The notes under the pieces were generated by a model that saw only the letters and a program-made list of their open reading frames with translations, had not been told where the DNA came from and did not search any database. Below, one piece after another: positions 60,184 to 64,000 of a DNA stretch of 64,000 nt. Position 1 is the first letter of the stretch, and each line of letters begins with the position of its first letter. The DNA is from Oligoflexia bacterium (GTDB lineage Bacteria > Bdellovibrionota > UBA1018). The DNA is taken from the NCBI GenBank assembly GCA_046317855.1, contig JBKCVM010000034.1, positions 1,985 through 65,984 on the forward strand, given 5' to 3'. A program made the translations under genes and the position numbers.

Positions 60184-61911
60184 ATGAATCGGTCCTGGTG
60201 GGGTAAGCTTTGGGTGCTGATCGCGGCTACGGTCATCGGGGTGGTTTACATCATTCCGACCATTGCCCAGCTCGATCCTGAAAAGACGAAGTTTCCGTTC
60301 AAGCAAAAGATCAACCTAGGGCTCGACCTTCAGGGCGGCTTGTATATGGTTTTGGGCGTGGACTTTAATAAAGTCTATCGCGACATCGTGGATCGGCAGC
60401 TCACGAGCTTTCAAGAGCGTGTCAGAGAAAAGCAGATTCCCATCACTTCAATCAAACTCCAGCGCGACGGTGTTCCTGAAGATGACGCTCGCGTCGTGGT
60501 TGAGTTTGCCGCCACGAGCCGCACTGCTCTTTATGATTTATTAAAGGCTGAATACTGGACGCTGAGACTTGCTGATGAAAAGCCGGGCCGCATGGAGCTG
60601 GGGCTCTCACGTGAGTTCCGAACTGAAGTCCGCGAGCGTACTTTGAGTCAGAGCATCGAAGTGATCCGTAACCGAATCGACGAATTTGGCGTGGCGGAAC
60701 CCTCCATTGCCAGTCAGGGCTCGGACCGCATTGTTGTGGAGCTTCCAGGGGTCAAAGAAGTGGATCGCGCCAAAGACCTGATTGGCCGAACAGCAAGACT
60801 TGAATTTAGGATCGTGAACGACAAAGACAAGTCGCCTGTCGAAATTGCAAATCTGGTCGAGGCGATCGAGAAAGAAAAAGGCATCTCTTTTAAGGGAGGT
60901 GCCCAAAAATTTTCTGATTACGTCCGACAGGTCAATGAAGCGGCTAAGGGAAAAATCCCGGAAGGAACCGAGATTTCATTTGAGCGGCCAAGGACCCTCA
61001 CGGGTGAGCCTGGAGCTGAAAAGATTCCGTACCTGCTCTACACCAAAGCGGATGTGACGGGAGATGATCTTCAGGACGCCCAGGTTCAAATGGACCCTGA
61101 GACCCAGAGGCCCAACGTTGGCTTTTCTCTCAATCCCCGCGGAGCCACCACTTTTGATAAGCTCACCTCAGAGCATGTGGGTGAACGCTTGGCCATTGTG
61201 CTCGATAGCATCGTGCACTCGGCTCCGGTGATCCAGACTCGGATCGGAGGCGGCCGTGGTCAAATCACTCTGGGTGCGGGTGGCGGCGAGCAGGTTTTAA
61301 AAGAGGCCAAGGATCTTGCTATCGTCTTACGTGCGGGTGCGCTTCCGGCACAGTTAGAATTTCTTGAACAGCGCGTGATTGGTCCGTCGCTCGGACAAGA
61401 CTCGATTCGTCAGGGAACGCTTGCCGCAGTGGTCGGAAGCATCCTCGTGTTCATTTTTATTTTGTTTTACTACCGAGTGAGCGGTGCCATTGCAGTCGCC
61501 TCTCTTGTGCTCAACATCATTTTGGTCATGGCCTGCTTGGTAGGGCTTGAGGCCACTCTGACTTTGCCAGGAATCGCAGGCATCGGGCTCACCGTGGGTA
61601 TTGCGGTGGACTCGAATGTGGTGATTTTTGAGAGAATTCGAGAGGAGCTCAGAGCAGGAAAAAACCTTTTTGGCGCCGTGGAACAGGGCTTTGCAAAGGC
61701 CTTCACTACGATCATGGATGCCAATGTGACCAATGCTGCGGCGGCTGTCGTATTGCTCATGTACGGAACAGGCCCGATCAAGGGGTTTGCAGTCACGTTG
61801 CTGATTGGAATCATCACCACCTTGTTCACTGCAGTGTTCGTCTGTCGGGTGCTTTTTGATGCTTACTTGCGCAGACTGGAAAACACTGGAGCCAAAACCA
61901 TCAGCATCTGA
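60184..61911 (+). CDS. secD: protein translocase subunit SecD
   Basis: 575 aa. N-terminal TM, large periplasmic domain, C-terminal six-TM bundle with IGLTVGIAVDSNVVIFERIREE. Confidence 0.9.
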   Translation: MNRSWWGKLWVLIAATVIGVVYIIPTIAQLDPEKTKFPFKQKINLGLDLQGGLYMVLGVDFNKVYRDIVDRQLTSFQERVREKQIPITSIKLQRDGVPEDDARVVVEFAATSRTALYDLLKAEYWTLRLADEKPGRMELGLSREFRTEVRERTLSQSIEVIRNRIDEFGVAEPSIASQGSDRIVVELPGVKEVDRAKDLIGRTARLEFRIVNDKDKSPVEIANLVEAIEKEKGISFKGGAQKFSDYVRQVNEAAKGKIPEGTEISFERPRTLTGEPGAEKIPYLLYTKADVTGDDLQDAQVQMDPETQRPNVGFSLNPRGATTFDKLTSEHVGERLAIVLDSIVHSAPVIQTRIGGGRGQITLGAGGGEQVLKEAKDLAIVLRAGALPAQLEFLEQRVIGPSLGQDSIRQGTLAAVVGSILVFIFILFYYRVSGAIAVASLVLNIILVMACLVGLEATLTLPGIAGIGLTVGIAVDSNVVIFERIREELRAGKNLFGAVEQGFAKAFTTIMDANVTNAAAAVVLLMYGTGPIKGFAVTLLIGIITTLFTAVFVCRVLFDAYLRRLENTGAKTISI

Positions 61912-61923
61912 GGAGACCCTTCT

Positions 61924-62907
61924 ATGTTCGAACTGATTTCTCCCAGCACTCGGATTGATTTTGCAGGAAAACGGCATTTCTTTGTGGGTCTTTCAGGTCT
62001 GTTGGTCGTGGCAAGCCTCGTCCTGCTCGCCACTCGTGGGCTCAATTACGGCATTGATTTTACCGGAGGCGCAGAGGTGCAGGTCCGGGTCCCCAAGGAC
62101 TGGGACATCGCCAAGGTTCGGTCTGAAATGGAAAAGGGCCAACTCAAGGGCCTGAAAGTGGTTCAACTCGGTGAACCTGGCGCGTCTGAATTTTTGGTCA
62201 AAGCGCAGGGGTCTGAATCGGAGCTCAATCAAGTGTCCGCTCAGGTCGAAGGCGTTCTGAAGAGCGTCGCTGGGCAAGGTCAGTATGAAGTGCAGCGTGT
62301 CGATGTCGTCGGCCCAGCAGCAGGAAGCAGTTTGCGCACCAGTGGCTTTCTTTCGATGTTCTATGCGCTCTTGTGCATTTTGATCTATGTGGCGGTGCGG
62401 TTTGATATCCGCTACGCCCCCGGGGCGGTCTTGGCGCTGTTTCACGACACGGTGTTGGTGCTGGGGATTTTTGTCCTTACCCAGAAACAGTTTGACCTCA
62501 TGACGCTTGCAGCGCTTTTGGCGCTGATTGGGTATTCTAACAATGACACGATCATTGTTTTTGACCGGGTTCGTGAGACGCTGCATGCCCATCCCAAGCT
62601 TTCAATCGAAGAGGCTGTGAATAAAGCGACGAACGAGACTCTGGCTCGTACGATTCTGACCTCGCTGACGACCTTCTTTTCGGTCGTGGCGCTGTTTTTC
62701 TTTGGGGGGCCGGTCATTCACGACTTTGCTTTCACCTTTGCGGTGGGCATCGTGATTGGTTCGTACAGCTCAATTTTTGTGGCAGGTGCTGTCGTAATCT
62801 ACATTACTCAGTATCGTCAGAACAAAGAGAGCCAGAGCAGGCAGGGGGGCGGAAAGCCTTCTAAAAAGAAAATTGTCGTGAGGCCGGAGCCCAAGTTCGA
62901 GTCGTGA
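61924..62907 (+). CDS. secF: protein translocase subunit SecF
   Basis: 327 aa. IDFAGKRHFFVGLSGLLVVASL, GIDFTGG, and a conserved TM bundle with NDTIIVFDRVRE. Confidence 0.9.
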   Translation: MFELISPSTRIDFAGKRHFFVGLSGLLVVASLVLLATRGLNYGIDFTGGAEVQVRVPKDWDIAKVRSEMEKGQLKGLKVVQLGEPGASEFLVKAQGSESELNQVSAQVEGVLKSVAGQGQYEVQRVDVVGPAAGSSLRTSGFLSMFYALLCILIYVAVRFDIRYAPGAVLALFHDTVLVLGIFVLTQKQFDLMTLAALLALIGYSNNDTIIVFDRVRETLHAHPKLSIEEAVNKATNETLARTILTSLTTFFSVVALFFFGGPVIHDFAFTFAVGIVIGSYSSIFVAGAVVIYITQYRQNKESQSRQGGGKPSKKKIVVRPEPKFES

Positions 62908-64000
62908 GCGGGGCAGAGTACCAACCCCGGGAGTGGCGCTTTCGAAGCCAAGGGGCGATCGAGGGTCTTCCGTCGGGCTTGCGAGAGTCCACTGGGCTTG
63001 ACGAACTCACCCTTGATCTCTGTCTGAGTCGGGGACTGGGCGATTCTGAGCGCATAGCGGATTACTTGGCACCGCGACTAGATCGGCTCACTTCAGCCCT
63101 CAGTATTGCTGGAATGCAGGCTGCCGTGGAGCGGGTGGTTTTGGCGCGCGAGGCGGGGCAGAAAGTCCGAGTCTTTGGCGATTACGATGTCGATGGAACC
63201 ACCGGGGCAGCACTCTTGGGGTGGTTCTTCAGAGAGATTGGGATTGCGCATGAGATTAGGCAGCCGGATCGCTTCAAAGATGGGTACGGGCTCAATGTGG
63301 GAGCAGTCGAAGAAGCTGTGGCCGATGGCGCCCAGCTCTTGATCACGGTTGATTGCGGCATCACTTCTTTTGCGGCGGCCGAGCGTGCTGCTCAGCTGGG
63401 GCTGGATTTGATCATCGTGGATCATCACCAGCTCGATTTGAATCGCGGGCTTCCGCAGGCGCTTGCAGTGGTGAATCCGCAGCGGCCGGACTGTTCAAGT
63501 GGGCTTAAGCAAGTCTGCGGCTGCGGGCTTGCGTTTTATCTTTGCGTGGCACTCCGAGCTGCGGGCCGTGCCAGGGGATGGTGGCGCGGAGAGGGTTCCG
63601 GGGATTTATCGGGGGAGTTCAAAGGCGCTGGACCTAATCTTAAGCAACACCTGGACCTCGTCGTCATGGCGACCGCCGCTGACATCGTTCCACTGACTGG
63701 CGATAATCACGTGCTGGTTCGTCACGGCATGGAGGTGCTGCGCAATTCCAAAAAACCCGGCGTCCGCGCGCTGCTCGAAGCTGCCGGAGTGGGTGACCGG
63801 GAGCTGGGTCCCGGACATTTGGGATTTGTGATTGGGCCACGCATCAACGCATCGGGGCGCCTGGGTTCAGCTGCGACAGCTCTTGAGCTTTTGCTCACTG
63901 AGGATCCCGTTCGTGCGCGCGAACTTGCGCGGATTTTAGAAACTGTCAACGCCGAGCGAGCTGAGTTGCAGAACCGCATTTGGGATGAGGTCAAGATCCG
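62904..64000 (+). CDS. recJ: single-stranded-DNA-specific exonuclease RecJ, 5' portion; continues past the window end
   Basis: Not in the ORF track because there is no stop inside the window. GTG at 62904 overlaps the secF stop (GTGA). The translation contains DHH motifs VFGDYDVDGTTG and LLITVDCGI...LDLIIVDHHQ. Confidence 0.8.
   Translation, partial: MSGAEYQPREWRFRSQGAIEGLPSGLRESTGLDELTLDLCLSRGLGDSERIADYLAPRLDRLTSALSIAGMQAAVERVVLAREAGQKVRVFGDYDVDGTTGAALLGWFFREIGIAHEIRQPDRFKDGYGLNVGAVEEAVADGAQLLITVDCGITSFAAAERAAQLGLDLIIVDHHQLDLNRGLPQALAVVNPQRPDCSSGLKQVCGCGLAFYLCVALRAAGRARGWWRGEGSGDLSGEFKGAGPNLKQHLDLVVMATAADIVPLTGDNHVLVRHGMEVLRNSKKPGVRALLEAAGVGDRELGPGHLGFVIGPRINASGRLGSAATALELLLTEDPVRARELARILETVNAERAELQNRIWDEVKI

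Overview
The window reads as a moderately GC-rich chromosomal core region of a Gram-negative bacterium. Gene order (pheST-ihfA-merR, tgt-yajC-secDF, a complete gsp cluster) looks proteobacterial, possibly Bdellovibrionota or a delta-proteobacterial lineage; that is a guess from the sequence, not a database result. Almost every long ORF has a recognisable housekeeping function. Left to right: a partial lipoprotein gene running off the window start, an MBL-fold hydrolase, a lipoprotein, a flavin-reductase-like gene, nadA, a thiamine/iron-type ABC importer (binding protein, double-domain permease, ATPase), icd, mdh, a secreted-protein locus (hypothetical protein, a 1219-aa lipoprotein with cadherin-like, G8 and beta-helix domains, and a C45 Ntn-hydrolase), sucC-sucD-ndk-nadE, a Lys-rich H1-like protein, infC-rpmI-rplT-pheS-pheT-ihfA-merR, gshB-ispA (minus strand), a complete 12-gene type II secretion cluster gspC-D-E-F-G-H-I-J-K-L-M-N (minus strand), an acyl-CoA dehydrogenase, cdnL, cysS, uvrB, a YyaL-like thioredoxin-domain protein, two small hypothetical proteins, uvrC, a Zn-ribbon/UDG-like/nfeD/SPFH operon, spoIID, a second MBL hydrolase, tgt-yajC-secD-secF and the 5' part of recJ. 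I found no rRNA, tRNA, CRISPR array, transposase, integrase or phage gene. Many long ORFs in the track lie antisense to these genes and are treated as GC-codon-bias artefacts. I found no convincing new multi-gene system. The observations most worth a second look are in the findings. They include the secreted G8/beta-helix plus C45 locus, twin palindromic operators between the T2SS and the acyl-CoA dehydrogenase, an unusual infC, structured leaders before rpmI, pheS and cysS, a His-coding hexanucleotide repeat inside the ABC ATPase, and a degenerate UDG-fold protein coupled to nfeD-SPFH.
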